DNA from: Squalus acanthias
Lineage: Eukaryota
Direction: 5' to 3'
Assembly: GCA_030390025.1 (NCBI GenBank)
Contig: CM059433.1
Location: 23,996,001 to 24,060,000, forward strand
Length of the DNA: 64,000 nucleotides
Part shown: in pieces, positions 11,900 through 23,881 of the stretch
Numbering within the stretch: position 1 is the first letter of the stretch
Layout of the letters: the number at the start of each line of letters is the position of its first letter
The notes under the pieces: generated by a model
The model's database searches: none
The model's input: the letters and a program-made list of their open reading frames with translations, nothing else
What the model was told of the DNA's origin: nothing
Position numbers and translations under genes: made by a program

Positions 11900-14350
11900 A
11901 ATCTGCTGATGATCTCCTCGAGCCTGTTCTGCCATTCACTGATCAGCATCTAAATTCCTTTACCCGTCTATGTTCCATAATCCCTTGATACCCTTACCTA
12001 ACAAAAATCTTATTAATCTCAGCTTGAAAATTTCAATTGACCCAACATCCACAGCTTTTGGGGGAAAGAGTTTCAGATTTCCACTACCTTTTGTGTGAAA
12101 AGTGCTTACTGATTTCACTCCTAATTGGCCGAGCTCTAATTTTAAGGCTATGCACCCTTGTTCTGGATTCCACCACCAAAGGAAATAGTTTCTCTGTATC
12201 TACCCTATAGAATCCCTTCATCATTTTAAATACCTAGATTAGATCACCCCTCAACCTTCTAAACTCAAGGGAATACAAACCAAGTTTATGCAACCTGTCC
12301 TCATAATTTAACCCTTTATGCTCTGGTATGATTTTGGTGAATGTGTGCTATACCCCTTCCGAGACCAATATATCCTTCCTGAGGTGTGGTGCTCAAAATT
12401 GAATGCAGTACTCCAGATGGGGTCTGAGCAGGGCTCTGTGCAACTGAAGCATCACTTCCTCATTTTTGAATTCCAACTCCATTGAGATAAAGGCCAACAT
12501 TCCATTAGCCTTTATGATTACTTTTTGTACCTGTGCACTCACTTTTAGATACATGGACACCGAAATCCCTTTATTCCTAGTCTCTCACCATTAAGAAAAT
12601 ATTCTGATTGGTCTTCCTTGGATCCACACTTTCCCACATTGAACTCCATCTGCCATAGTTTTGCCCACTCACTTAGTCCGTCTATGTCCCTTTGTAACTT
12701 CCTCCTCACAGCCACACAACTTACTGTGCTTTGTAACTTAGTGTCAAATGCAAATTTGAATATACAACTCTCTATTCCTTCATTCCACTCATTAACATAT
12801 ATGGTGACAAGCTGAGGCCCCAGTACAGATCCCTGAGGAACACCACTTGTCACATCCAGCCAATCAGAGAATGAACCCTTTATCCCTACACTCTGTCTCC
12901 TACTTCCCAACCAATTACTGATCCAAATCCAATTCTGTGCATTCTCAGTTTTTGCTAATAATCTCTTGTGCCGATCCTTATCAAATGCCTTCTGGAAGTC
13001 AATTAGACATCATCCATAGACACTCCCCTATCCACCATGCTAGTGACTTCCTCAAAAAAAGTCAGACATGGCCTACCCATCACAAACCAATGCTGACTCT
13101 CTTTGATCAAGATCTCTGATGATAGATTCCAGTAACTTCCCCACAATTGATGTTAAACTGACAAGATTTGTAGTTACCTGGTTTCTCCCTCTCTCTCTTA
13201 AATAATGGAGTGATATTTGCAATTTTCCAATCCAAAGGAATCCATTCTGAATCTAGAGGGCTTTGGAAAATTATGACTAAAGCATCTGCAATTTCCTTAC
13301 GTATTCTTTTGATAGCCTGGGGTGGAAACCATCAGGCCCTGGAGATTTGTTTTTCTTAAATCCCGTTATTTTCTCCAATAGCATTTTTTAAACTCATATT
13401 AAAACCACTAAGTCCCTCCCCTTGACTTATTTTTAGTTTCCGCTGTACCACTGATACCTTGTCCTCTTGTTCCACTGTGAAAACGGATGCAAAATATTAA
13501 TTTAACAAGTCTGCTATATCCTGAATGTCCATTATAGTCTCACCTGCATCGGTCTTTAGTGGGCCCACATTCCCCCTTACTCTTAATATATTTATAAAAA
13601 CTTTATCTGTTGGCTTTGATATCCCTTGCAAGTTTTTTTTTCATATTCCCTTTTTCCCTCTCTTATTACATTCTTTATATCCCTTTGTTGTTTTTTGTAG
13701 CTCTCCCAGTCCGCTGGATTTCCACCTTTCCTTGCATTTCTCTAAGCCTTTTCTTTTAGCTTGATGTTGTCTCTTACCTCACTTTTTGACCATAAATACA
13801 TATGTGGAGCCTTTGCCTTTTAGGGGTTTGCACTGGTTTTATAACGTGCCAAATACATCTTTGAATACTTCCCACTATTTGTAGGTTTATCCTTTAACAG
13901 TTTAGCCCAGTTTCAAAGTTTGCCTTACTTAAATTTAAAACCTTGGTTTGTGACTCTCCCTTCTCCCTCTCAAACCTAATATCAAATTCAATCGTATTAT
14001 GCTCCCTTACCATCAGATTGTTAACTAACTCCAATCTGACCTGTTCCCTTGTCAGTTCTAAAACATTGCTCTCGTAAACTGTCCCGAATACATTCTCGAA
14101 ATTCATTGCCTTTACTACTTGAGCTACTCTGCTTCTCCTAGTCTATGTGAAAATTAAAACCTCCCATTCGAACCACATTGTTTTTGTTACATGCTTCCCT
14201 GATCTCCGAATTTTTATATCCCCCACTACATCACTACTATCAGGAAGTCTGCAGGCTACTTCTCCCAGAGTCTTGCATCTTTTGCTGTTCCTTAACCCCA
14301 CCCATACTGTTTCCACTGCCCGATCACCCTTACTGAAATCCCTTCCAGTC
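11900..14350 (-). mobile_element. Old, heavily mutated CR1 LINE (ORF2 fragments)
   Basis: Fragments VTSGVPQGSVLGPQL, WQMEFNVGKC, LVNNLMVRE-HNTIEF and LNLSKANF are colinear with ORF2 of the 2.3-5.8 kb element; many stops and indels. Confidence 0.88.
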
Positions 14351-14504
14351 CTTTACAATTAATTAAAATGTACAAATTATCTGTGGGAGCAAGAGTAATT
14401 CCACATATGAGCAATTTCCAGGCACTATACAATTCCAAAAGCAAAATGCTGCGGATGCTGGAAATCTGAAATAAAAACAGAAAATGCTGCAAAACCCTCA
14501 GCTG

Positions 14505-14671
14505 CAATGTTCCCGCTGAGGTGCGCGGCCACGCAGTAATCTCAAAGGTCCCCTGCAGGCCGCTCACCAGCTTTTACATTGTAAAAACCGCGCATGTGCA
14601 GAAATTTAAAGGGACCATGCACTAAAAGAAACTGGCCGCGCAGAACAAAGCGCAGCTTACAGGGAGCATTG
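14505..14671. mobile_element. hAT-type MITE (167 bp)
   Basis: 22-bp TIRs CAATGTTCCCGCTGAGGTGCGC / CAATGCTCCCTGTAAGCTGCGC (17/22 identical); 8-bp TSD CTCAGCTG (14497-14504) / CTCAGCAG (14672-14679). Confidence 0.85.
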
Positions 14672-14709
14672 CTCAGCAGGTCAGGCTGCAGCTGTGGAGA
14701 GAGAAACAG

Positions 14710-14746
14710 AGTTAACGTTTCAGGTCGATGACTTTTCATCAGAACT
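14710..14746 (-). ncRNA. Minimal type I hammerhead ribozyme motif (Penelope-type)
   Basis: Minus strand reads AGTT-CTGATGA-A-AAGTC-ATC-GACCT-GAAAC-GTT-AACT: core CUGAUGA/GAAA, stem I AGTT/AACT, stem II with one mismatch, palindromic ACGT in place of stem III, and a GUU cleavage triplet. Confidence 0.65.
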
Positions 14747-15167
14747 GGAATTAAAGAATTCCAGTCATGTTTTCCAATGCTGCTCAACCGCCTTTGGTAA
14801 ATCAATGCCACAATCTTCCACACTCACCTACGTGATTGCAGCAAGGTTGATATAGTTGGAGATTGTTATCTCACTGATGCTTGCGTTGTGGCTGACATGG
14901 ATGTGAAATATGCTGGTAGCAAAAAAATGTTAAGACCCTCCCTCCTCCTTCAAGTCACCTTCTAAAATATGGCAAAGAGACAGTTTTCTCTGCTTATTCA
15001 AATTGTTATGGGTATAACCGCTTGTGTGTGAGAACCAAGACAATAAAACAGGGTCTATAAGTTGTATCCCAGGGATATGATTTTCTTCTTCTGGCTGCTC
15101 CCTTCTCCAGCTCTGCAATTTATGTGATGAAGTATACTGCCATTCTAGCTTTTGTAGGTGCAATATT

Positions 15168-15920
15168 GGGCCAGATTTTACTGTAGCCGGTGAATGAACA
15201 GTGCCTGCCGTTCGTTAGACTTGCCCTTGCCTGTTTAATTTCCATGAGCTATTGCAGGGCAAGTTGCTGTTAATGGGAGATGGAAATGGTGTGGCGCCTT
15301 CTACAGGGCACCTGGGACCTGTGTGAACAAGACAAGTAACTGTGTGTCTCCTTAACCAATCAGATTGAAGCGTTGTTAATGAACAGCGCAGAGTCTGAAT
15401 CAGGAAGTGTCAGTTAGAATAATGAATTCAATGTCAAATCAGGTACAGAAAGCGAAATAAAGAAGGGAAAGAAGAATTGGCTTAAGAGAGAGAGGAAAAA
15501 GAGATAGAAAGAAAAGTAAAAAAAATGTAATTTAAAAAAAGTTCTCCAACGATGATTAAAATCTGAAGGAATACGACTCCACACTTGTTAAAGTTAATTT
15601 TCAGTGCCAGAGAGGGTGTTTGGCAGTAATTAAGACTTATCACGCCATTATAAAGGGTACTTAGACTGAAATGGACAAGTCCTAACTTTCTGTGGTGAGT
15701 TTAGTCCGTATCTACAATGTCAGTACAGGAACTTCACGCCATTCAATACTTTTGAATGGGGAGCCAGACGGCAAGATGCCATGTTCGTGCAGCTTATGGA
15801 GGAGTGGCACATCTCGGGCAGCAACTTCCAGATTTTCGTGTTTAACTGCCCATCTGTGCTCACATAAATAGCAGTGAGCGCTGTTAGCCTCGCCATTATT
15901 TTTACAGTAAATTCTGGCTC
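15168..15920. mobile_element. Non-autonomous DNA transposon, PIF/Harbinger-like (~750 bp)
   Basis: TIRs GGGCCAGATTTTACTGTA / GAGCCAGAATTTACTGTA (reverse complement), flanked by ATT on both sides (3-bp TSD); no coding capacity. Confidence 0.75.
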
Positions 15921-16353
15921 ATTATTTTATTTTCATTACTATCTGTTGACAGTTCAGGGAAGGGTGATACAGTTCTGAACTGCTTCCATAATTTTCCATT
16001 GTTTATGTAAGAGAGGTAACACCCCACTTTTGAGTGAGTTAATGTGATCTATTTGTGCCGAGACTTGTTTACTGCATGTGTGCAAAGTAGATTTCACAAA
16101 TTTACAGACCGTACATAAAACAAGTATAAGTATGTTTATGTTGTCAATCAGTCCACATGCATGGATGCAAAATTAGCCTTCTATGTATTGTGTATTGATA
16201 CAGAAAATCATTATATAGAGGATAGAAGGACACACACCATCTTATGAAAATAAAAACAAAACAGAAACAGGTTATATATAGAACAGATATTTACCAACTC
16301 CAGATGGAGGTACCCTACCCATTAACCTTAAGTCTATTTAAATGTAAAACTGC

Positions 16354-16744
16354 AAAAGAAAGACTTGCATTTATATAGCGCCTTTCACGACCACTGGACG
16401 TCTCAAAGCGCTTTACAGCCAATTAAGTACTTTTGGAGTGTAGTCACTGTTGTAATGTAGGAAATACGGCAGCCAATTTGCACACAGCAAGCTCCCACAA
16501 ACAGCAATGTGATAATGACCAAATAATCTGTTTTTGTTATGTTGGTTGAGGGATAAATATTGGCTGGGACACTGGGGATAACTCACCTGCTCTTCTTCGA
16601 AATAGTGCCATGGGATCTTTTACGTCCACCTGAGAGCGCAGACAGGGCCTCGGTTTAACGTCTCACCCGAAAGACAGTACCTCCGACAGTGCAGCACTCC
16701 CTCAGCACTGTACTGTCAGCCTAGCTTTATGTTCTCAAGTCCCT
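16354..16744 (-). mobile_element. Deu-domain SINE (SacSINE1/AmnSINE1-like), 5' truncated
   Basis: Minus strand GAGGGAGTGCTGCACTGTCGGAGGT..TCTTTCGGGTGAGACGTTAAACCGAGG..AAAGATCCCATGGCACT matches the recalled Deu domain; L2-type tail GGCGCTATATAAATGCAAGTCTTTC. Confidence 0.85.
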
Positions 16745-17272
16745 TACTATGCATATTTGCTGCCAAACCAATGAAATGACCTTTTTCAAAGGATAATATT
16801 TCCAACAGTAGTAATTGACGCAGAAACATATTTTCAACCAGCACGGCCAGTGACGGGTTCAGTGCGTGGCGCGAGAGACAAAGAGCTGTCTGTTCTCAGC
16901 AGGATCCCGAGCTGCGTCTCCGTCCATGCCAGTGGGTTCATCCGAGGAAATGTAACCACGGTGATGGCGCGCAGGACCCTTTGTAATGCTACTGGGGTCA
17001 ACAGAGCATGATCGTCCAAACCCGAGCCGATCGGCGGCAGCTGTGCCAGCGAAGTGCCAGCCGCTACTGTCAGCAAAACCTGTACAGAAATAAAATCTCT
17101 GTCATTGCTCCTCTCCCCTGCCCGATTTAAAGGTGGATGTTTTAAGTGGTGGGGACTGTATTCTAAATATCAAACAAGAAGATAAAAGCCTAGAAATTTG
17201 ATTGCACTGAAGGGTCCAATGTGGTGTGCAGAGAGCAGCGCATGCCAACTTGGTTAACAGAGACTCCTCCAG

Positions 17273-17527
17273 TAATGAGGCAACCCATGCCAGCCTACAA
17301 GAGGACCTGGACAACATCCAGGCTTGGGCTGACAAGTGGCAGGTAACATTTGTGCCACACGAGTGTCAGATAATGACGATATCCAATTAGAAAGGGCACA
17401 ACTACCTCCCCCTGACTCTCAGTGGGAGTACTATCACCACATGGACTGCAGTGGTTCAAAGAGAAGGCCCACCAGCACCTTGGAATGGCCAATAAATGCG
17501 GTCTTGCCAAGAACAATAATAAAAAAA
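17273..17527 (+). mobile_element. Internally deleted copy of the LINE family at 23882-24898
   Basis: GACCTGGACAACATCCAGGCTTGGGCTGACAAGTGGCAGGTAACATT matches ~24074-24120, then jumps to GGACTGCAGTGGTTCAA and CAATAAATGC from the 3' end. Confidence 0.85.
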
Positions 17528-17741
17528 TATATATTTTTTAAATACACATGCTGCATTCCAGTAGGCAACCACTAGTCCGTACTCCTTCCATAAATCATCT
17601 CTGTAGTCTAGAATTTGAAAGGATAAATCAGCCATTGGGTGGTACCAAGGTCATTGATACACATGTCATGATGACATACATGCAATGTGGCATTGCACAC
17701 AGGAAGTCAAGAATAAGGTGAGGTGGGGTTAGTGGGCACAG

Positions 17742-19335
17742 GATAATTGGACCAGTACATGCAGATATAATTCAGTTCCCATTTTAACATCATGCATTCT
17801 GTCTTTATTTTCATATTTTCATTATGAACTCCTATGTCCGCATCTAGAACGGGAACAGCCTATGTAAATATGTCACACTGTAACTAGATGGGGATTGAAT
17901 TTCATAACTTTCTATTATTCTGTGAAAACTATAAATGAGTGACCGTTGTATTATATATGTATTCCTTTACCAATTTATTTAATTTTTATCCCATACAATT
18001 TTACAGCTGAGAATACACAGCAAGATGTTATGCAAGATACACAAATTAAATTATTTAACAGTGTTGGGGCGGAGGAATGGGGTTTAGTTGTGCTTTAGGG
18101 GAGTCCGAAGCTTTCACAGCACTAGGGAATGGTCCTGTGGCTTGGCAGAATTGGTCTTGGGGTTTAACAGTACCACACTGGGGGTGCTGGTATCAGGAGC
18201 ATCTGGCAGTATCAGGAGCATCTGGCATCACTGTAGAGGGGGAAACTTGAGTTTGGTAGATCTGGAAAGGTGGAGCTGATGTTTGTCACAATTTCGGTTG
18301 AATGTGAGCTTTGACTCATGGTGGACTCCTGGTATTTGTCAGCAGTGAAGGAAGTGGCAGGTCCTGGGTATGACAATGCTGTTTTGAGGGAATCCTATGT
18401 GTGGGAGCACTGGTTTATGACTTACTAAGGGATTTCCATAAACTTTTGTGTTTCGTGATTGGTACCTGGATGCGTATCTGTCTTAGTCTCTGCCTGTCTC
18501 TCTCATCGCTATAAAAAAAGATGCACATTCTAATTACTATCGACAAAACATAGGTGGTTATTAGGGCTATCAAAATTCAAGTCATTTGTTTTTTAATTTG
18601 AGAAAACGAATTAAACGAGCAAAAGCATTTTGGCGGAGAAATTTGTTGAAATGGTTGGCGTACTATTCTGCAGCAGAGGCCGGAGGCCTGAGCCTTGGGC
18701 CTCAACTGAATAATTCTGGCGAGCAGCAGGAGCCTGTCAGATCTCCTGAGGCAACCTGCCGGTTTCCTCTGGACCAGTTTGTGCCTGCTGTGACGTAGGC
18801 AGCGGCCCTCAGGAAGGTCCTGGGAGGGGGAGAGGCAGACGGGAAGGGAGCAAATGTGGGCTGGCAACTGCCTGTAGTTGTTCTGTGGAGTCAGGAAGAG
18901 CACTCTTACTCCTCCTGGCTCCACATGCTCCACTCAGTTTCTGAGCCATTTCAAAGAGGGGTCTTTAAACAGGCATTATGCCCTCATTGGCATATGCAAG
19001 GGGTCCAATGCCTGTTTAAGGTGGGCACAAGGGACACCCGAATATCACCCGAACCAAAATGGTGTCAGTTTGTATTTCAGGCGCCCTTGGGACATAGCCC
19101 CGTGAAATAGTTTTTTTTTGTCACATTGCAATTCCACCCTCCTGCTGGTGGAGATGGTGTAGCGCTACCACAGGTGGCAAAGTGTGATTACAGTGTGACA
19201 TGTTCACTTGGGCAGTTTCCATTCTAAATGTGGACAAAGGAATTTATAATGATGGAAACATAAAAATAAAGACATAAAGTGTAATTTTTGAATAGGGACA
19301 GAATTATTTCTGCATATCCTGGTACAATTATCCCC
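17742..19335. repeat. Long inverted-repeat element split by ~1.2 kb of intervening DNA
   Basis: Arm 17742-17885 (GATAATTGGACCAGTACATGCAGATATAATTC...ATGTCACACTGTAAC) is the inverted counterpart of 19187-19332 (ATTACAGTGTGACAT...GAATTATTTCTGCATATCCTGGTACAATTATC). Confidence 0.75.
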
Positions 19336-19429
19336 CTCACAACCCCAATTCACCTGAAGAGTACACTTGGTCCTAACTCTCCATGTGCAACACCACAGGA
19401 GATCGACTAGTATTTAAAAAAAAATGAGT

Positions 19430-19790
19430 GAAGCTGTCCCGATTGCTCAGTTAGTAAGTGAATGGCCCACTAGGGAACTGAACCATATGGATCAGGAAGA
19501 TCCCAGCACCGTCCCCTGGTTTTGTTTGATAATGCTCCTGTGAAGCACCTTGGGATATTTTACTACAATAAAGATGCTATATAAATGCAAGTTGGTGTTG
19601 TTGCTCTATTGTGAGTTACCCGATCACTGCCAGGGAGCAGTAAGATGATACAATTGGGCACGGTACGCACAGACAACAAAGGGAAAAATCTACCACGGTT
19701 CTCATTCCTGACCACTATCCAATGACCCTTGGCTGGAAAGTGGACATGCGTGAACATCAGGTGAGGACAGGGTCAGACTTGGTTGTGGTG
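19430..19790 (+). mobile_element. Degraded tRNA-headed SINE-like element with an L2-type tail fragment inserted at ~19521-19603
   Basis: A-box-like GATTGCTCAGTTAGTAAG; the internal GCTCCTGTGAAGCACCTTGGGA..GCTATATAAATGCAAGTTGGTGTTG matches the L2 3' end at 9650-9720. Confidence 0.5.
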
Positions 19791-19797
19791 CTTTTGT

Positions 19798-20056
19798 TTT
19801 TATTAGTTCCTGGGATGTGGGCATCGCTGGCAAGGCCAGCATTTATTGCCCATTCCTAACTGCCCTTGAGAAGGTGGTGGTGAGCTGTCTTCTTGAACCA
19901 CTGCAGTCCATGTGGTGAAGGTACTCCCACAGTGCTGTTCGGGAGGGAGTTCCAGGATTTTAACCCAGCGACGATGAAGGAATGGCGATATATTTCCAAG
20001 TAAGGATGGTGTGTAACTTCGAGGTGATGGTGTTCCCATGCGCCTGCTGCCCTTCA
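19798..20056 (-). mobile_element. 3' fragment of the LINE family at 23882-24898
   Basis: Reverse complement matches 24630-24898 (CATGGGAACACC, CCAGGATTTT, GGCAATAAATGCTGG). Confidence 0.9.
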
Positions 20057-20083
20057 TGATCAAATAGCTTTTTGATATTCACA

Positions 20084-20281
20084 GGGGCAGTTTTTCCTGT
20101 TATTGCGTGTGGACATTTTTGACTGCCTGGATGAGGCGTATAGAGAAAAATCAGATGAGTTTCCATCGATATAAATTAATGAATGGAAAATTAAGCCGGT
20201 TTCCTTATGAGTGTGCAATCTCTAGATGCTGTGCACAGTAGATCTAATAAACCCAAGTGAAACCACAGGAAAATCTGCCCC
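20084..20281. mobile_element. MITE, Harbinger-like
   Basis: TIRs GGGGCAGTTTTTCCTGT / GGGGCAGATTTTCCTGT (16/17), similar to the TIRs of the 15168-15920 element; TSD not clean. Confidence 0.7.
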
Positions 20282-20329
20282 AATGTCTTGGTTAAAAAAA
20301 TATTAATTTGCTCTTTTGAATGGTGGAAA

Positions 20330-20638
20330 CACTGCCAAGGCTACATTTATTGCTCATCCCTAGTCACCCTGAGGGCATTAAGAATCAACAACATAGTGTG
20401 ACTAGAGTCACGTGTTGGCTAGACCGGGTAGAGATGGCAGGTTCCTTTGCCTGAAGGACATTCGTGCACCAGTTGTTTTTTTTTACAGCAATCTAGCAGC
20501 TTTGACGATTATTTTTTGATACCAACCCACAAATTACTAGATTTATATTGAATTTGTGACTTGCCATAGTGGGATTTGAACTCACTGTGACCTCTGGGTT
20601 GCTGGTCCAGTACCGTAACTACTAGGCTGCTGTAACCT
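20330..20638 (-). mobile_element. tRNA-derived SINE, Meta-domain-like
   Basis: B-box GAGTTCAAATCCC, central AATGTCCTTCAGG..GGAACCTGCC..GTGACTC and tail GGGATGAGCAATAAATG shared with the LINE at 23882-24898. Confidence 0.7.
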
Positions 20639-22384
20639 CCAAAAAAATGACAAATTCCTAATTGGGCAAGGCATCAGGGGCAGCCAGCACTAATGGAACT
20701 TTTCCCCAGCATGACACAGCGCCAACAGGAGAGGAGTAGAAAAGAATGTTATTTTTTAAATGAAGCACGTGTATATCGAAAGAATTACACAAAATAACCT
20801 TGCTTATACCAGTACTTCCATAGCATTATCATAATAAATACAGTTTATCTCAGGGATAAAAATCACAAAGAAATAAAAAGACTAAATATTAGATTTTTTT
20901 AAAGAACTATATCATATTTCATGCAACCAAACTCAAAAGACATTCTTTTGACTTTAAGTGAAGGAGTCTTTTGTTTATCCGGTATTGTTTTAACTTTGAA
21001 AGAAAAGAAAAAAGTCTAACACAGATGCAGGTAATTGTGCTGAAAAAAAGGATGAGTACTGAGGCTATAGAAGTCTTTCTTGCACTTGTCTGTTGCTAGT
21101 ATGAGGACCGTGAAATCACTGTCATTGCTATCATCAGTCTTCCTTTCTCTCTGACGCCTCACCTTGTAATCGATGACAAGCTTTGACTGGCCTCAGGTGC
21201 AGCTATTGCCCCTTTGCACTGACACAGCACCTAGGTGACATAAATACTTCTCCTGGTGTAACACTCTCCCAAACTACACTGGAATTTTTTGAGCTTGAAG
21301 TAGAAATTGAGAGATGCCCCTGAAAGCAGCTAAGCTCACTCGTACATTGACTAGAAAATTCCACTCAGTGGAATTCCACTCATTGATCGTGTTCTCAGCA
21401 AACATGATCAGTTTGAAAATTACATTAAAGTAAACAATTAATTTGCTCTCAATAATACTATTCCAAGATGTCTTCAGTTTTACAGTTAGCCGAATGAAGT
21501 TTGATAAATGTTGGAATATTTATTATATCATTGATGAAGAATTGAAAAAAAACTAAATGCCTTGGTAATTAAATCATGCTTTAAAAATCAGAGTGTCCAC
21601 TTTAACTGTGCATAATTGCAGCTCTGAATCAGTTACAGGTTGTTTTGCTTTAAAGAGTGTACGACTTTCACTTGTGGTAAAATAATATGGTCCAACCTTC
21701 AAATCATCATTTAATTAAAAGGTGGCTGATAAGTAAAGGTGATATCCAATTCTAGCCTCCTCTGTTTAAGTGGATGCAGTTTCTTGATTTAAACCAGCAA
21801 CAGCTGCCTTTATTTACCTGTGAGGTAATATACACTCACTTTGCTTACCCTGGGAAGAATGCCAGCTTTAGAAATTGCACTGATATTACTGACTATTTAC
21901 ATTTATTTTCGGTGCGTCCCTCATGTTGTCTTATTCTCTTTGTCAGCAATTCTTTTTTTCCCCCTTTTGAGCTGTGAACTGATGCTTGTAAAAAGATTTA
22001 CCGAAGCTTTCATCAGTATCTTGGAAAACAGTTCATTGGACACAAGCTTTCTAGTTTTAAGAATTAGTGTTAAATAGTATAAGGTTCTCTCTATAAGAAA
22101 TACGTTTTCAGGTCCGTGCAGATGTCGCATGAAAGGATATTACACAGGGGTTCATTGCTATTTACGATTCTAAGATTAAGTTATTGGTTTTCTGAGTTTT
22201 CATGAACATTAAACATTTTACAAGTAAATAAGCATTTTAGATTTGCGGTTGTTTGTTCCAGCTTTGTACAATCTGCCATACGTTGACCTGTTTAGATGAG
22301 TGTGTTTAAGTGGTTATTGTAAGTGGTTAGTAACCTAGAAGCTGTGAGTTTGAAATCCCACCATAACAAGGTTTTAAAAATGAT

Positions 22385-23572
22385 TCATTCTTGGGATGCA
22401 GCGTTGCTGGCAAGACCAGCATTTCATAGAATCATAGAAAGTTACAACATGGAAGGAGGCCATTTTGGCCCATCGTGTCCGCGCCGGCCAACAAAGAGCT
22501 ATCCAGCCTAATCCCACTTCCCAGCTCTTGGTCCGTAGCCCTGCAGGTTAGAGCATCCCAAGTGCACATCCAAGTACTTTTTAAATGTGGTTAGGGTTCC
22601 TGCCTCTACCACCCTTTCAGGCAGTGAGTTCCAGACCCCCACAACCCGCTGGGTGAAGAAATTTCCCCTCAAATCCCCTCTAAACCTTCCCCCAATTACT
22701 TTAAATCTGTGCCCCCTGGTTTTTGACCCCTCTGCTAAGGGAAATAGGTCCTTTCTATCCACTTTATCTAGGCCCCTCATAATTTTATACACCTCAATGA
22801 GGTCTCCCCTCAGCCTCCTCTGTTCCAAGGAAAACAGACCCAGCCTGTCCAGTCTTTCCTCATAGCGGAGATTCTCTACTCCGGGTAACATCCTTGTAAA
22901 TCTCCTCTGTACCCTCTCTAGTGCAATCACATCTTTCCTGTAATGTGGTGACCAGAACTGCACGCAGTACTCTAGCTGAGGCCTAACTAGTGTTTTATAC
23001 AGTTGAAGCATAACCCCCCTGCTCTTATATTCTATGCCACGGCTAATAAAGGCAAGCATTCCGTATGCCTTCTTAACCACCTTATCTACTTGGCCTGCTA
23101 CCTTCAGGGATCTGTGGACATGGACTCCAAGGTCCCTTTGTTCCTCTACACTACTCAGTGTCCTACCATTTAATGTGTATTCCCTTTCCTTGTTAGCCCT
23201 CCCCAAATACATTACCTCACACTTCTCCGGATTGAATTCCATTTGTCACTGTTCTGCCCACCTGACCAATTTATTGATATCTTCCTGCATTTATTGCCTA
23301 TCCCATGTTGCCCCGAGAAGGTGGTGGTGGTTAGGTACAACTGAATGGCTTGCTAGGACACTTCAGAGGACAGTCAAGTGTCATGCCACATACAGACCAA
23401 GATGGGTAAGGACAGCAGGTTTCCTTCCCTAAAGGAGATTAGTGAACCAGTTGGGTTTTTACGACAATCCGGCAGCTTCATGGTCATGTTTACTGATACC
23501 AGCTCTTTATTTCCAGATATTATTTAAACTGAATTCAATTCTCAAACTGCCATGGTGGGATTTGAACTCATC
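22385..23572 (-). mobile_element. Meta-domain-like SINE split by the CR1 (pieces 22385-22424 and 23287-23572)
   Basis: Removing the CR1 rejoins GCTGGCAAGACCAGCATTT-ATTGCCTATCCC; central CTGGTTCACTAATCTCCTTTAGGGAAGGAAACC and B-box GAGTTCAAATCCC. Confidence 0.75.
22425..23286 (-). mobile_element. Young 5'-truncated CR1 LINE inserted into a SINE tail
   Basis: Uninterrupted 244-aa ORF2 C-terminus (22508-23242), (TTCTATGA)-type tail and 6-bp TSD GCATTT at 22419-22424 and 23287-23292. Confidence 0.95.
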
Positions 23573-23574
23573 TT

Positions 23575-23850
23575 CAATAAATTTGGTAGTGTGTGGGCTA
23601 GCATAAGAAAAAAATTTCTATGAAAGTTGCTGGATTTTCACAAAAACCCAACTGGATCACTAATGTCCTTCAGGGAAGGGAACCTACAACTCCTACCTGG
23701 TTTGGCCGACAGGTAGTTCCAGTCCACACTGTTATTGACTATTAATGTGCTCTGAATTGGTATTGCAAGCCTTTGCAGAAACAAGAGCTTTGGTAATTAG
23801 AGATGGGCAGTAAACATGACCTTGCTAGCGTCACCCATATCCTGAGAAGA
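23575..23850 (+). mobile_element. Meta-domain-like SINE, plus-strand copy adjacent to the inverted copy
   Basis: AAAAACCCAACTGGATCACTAATGTCCTTCAGGGAAGGGAACC and tail AGATGGGCAGTAAAC..CCTTGCTAGCG. Confidence 0.7.
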
Positions 23851-23881
23851 ATTTGACAGTGAAAATAGCAAACTTCCTTTA

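Larger units (their letters stand above)
14437..14748. mobile_element. Penelope-like element terminal repeat fragment, interrupted by a MITE
   Basis: TGCGGATGCTGGAAATCTGAAATAAAAACAGAAAATGCTG...CTCAGCAGGTCAGG...GTTAACGTTTCAGGTCGATGAC..TTCATCAGAAC resembles a common shark repeat (recalled) and carries a PLE-type hammerhead motif. Confidence 0.7.

Noticed and set aside
18190..18227. 19-bp direct duplication GTATCAGGAGCATCTGGCA x2
   Set aside because: Simple local duplication; same length as the satellite monomer but unrelated sequence.
18980..18987. GCM-binding motif GCCCTCAT (and ACCCGCAC at ~27532)
   Set aside because: Isolated 8-mers expected by chance; the second is imperfect and inside a SINE.
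18563..19102. Possible nested Harbinger-like element (GGGCTAT...ATAGCCC)
   Set aside because: Inverted match is only 7 bp with no clear TSD; insufficient support.
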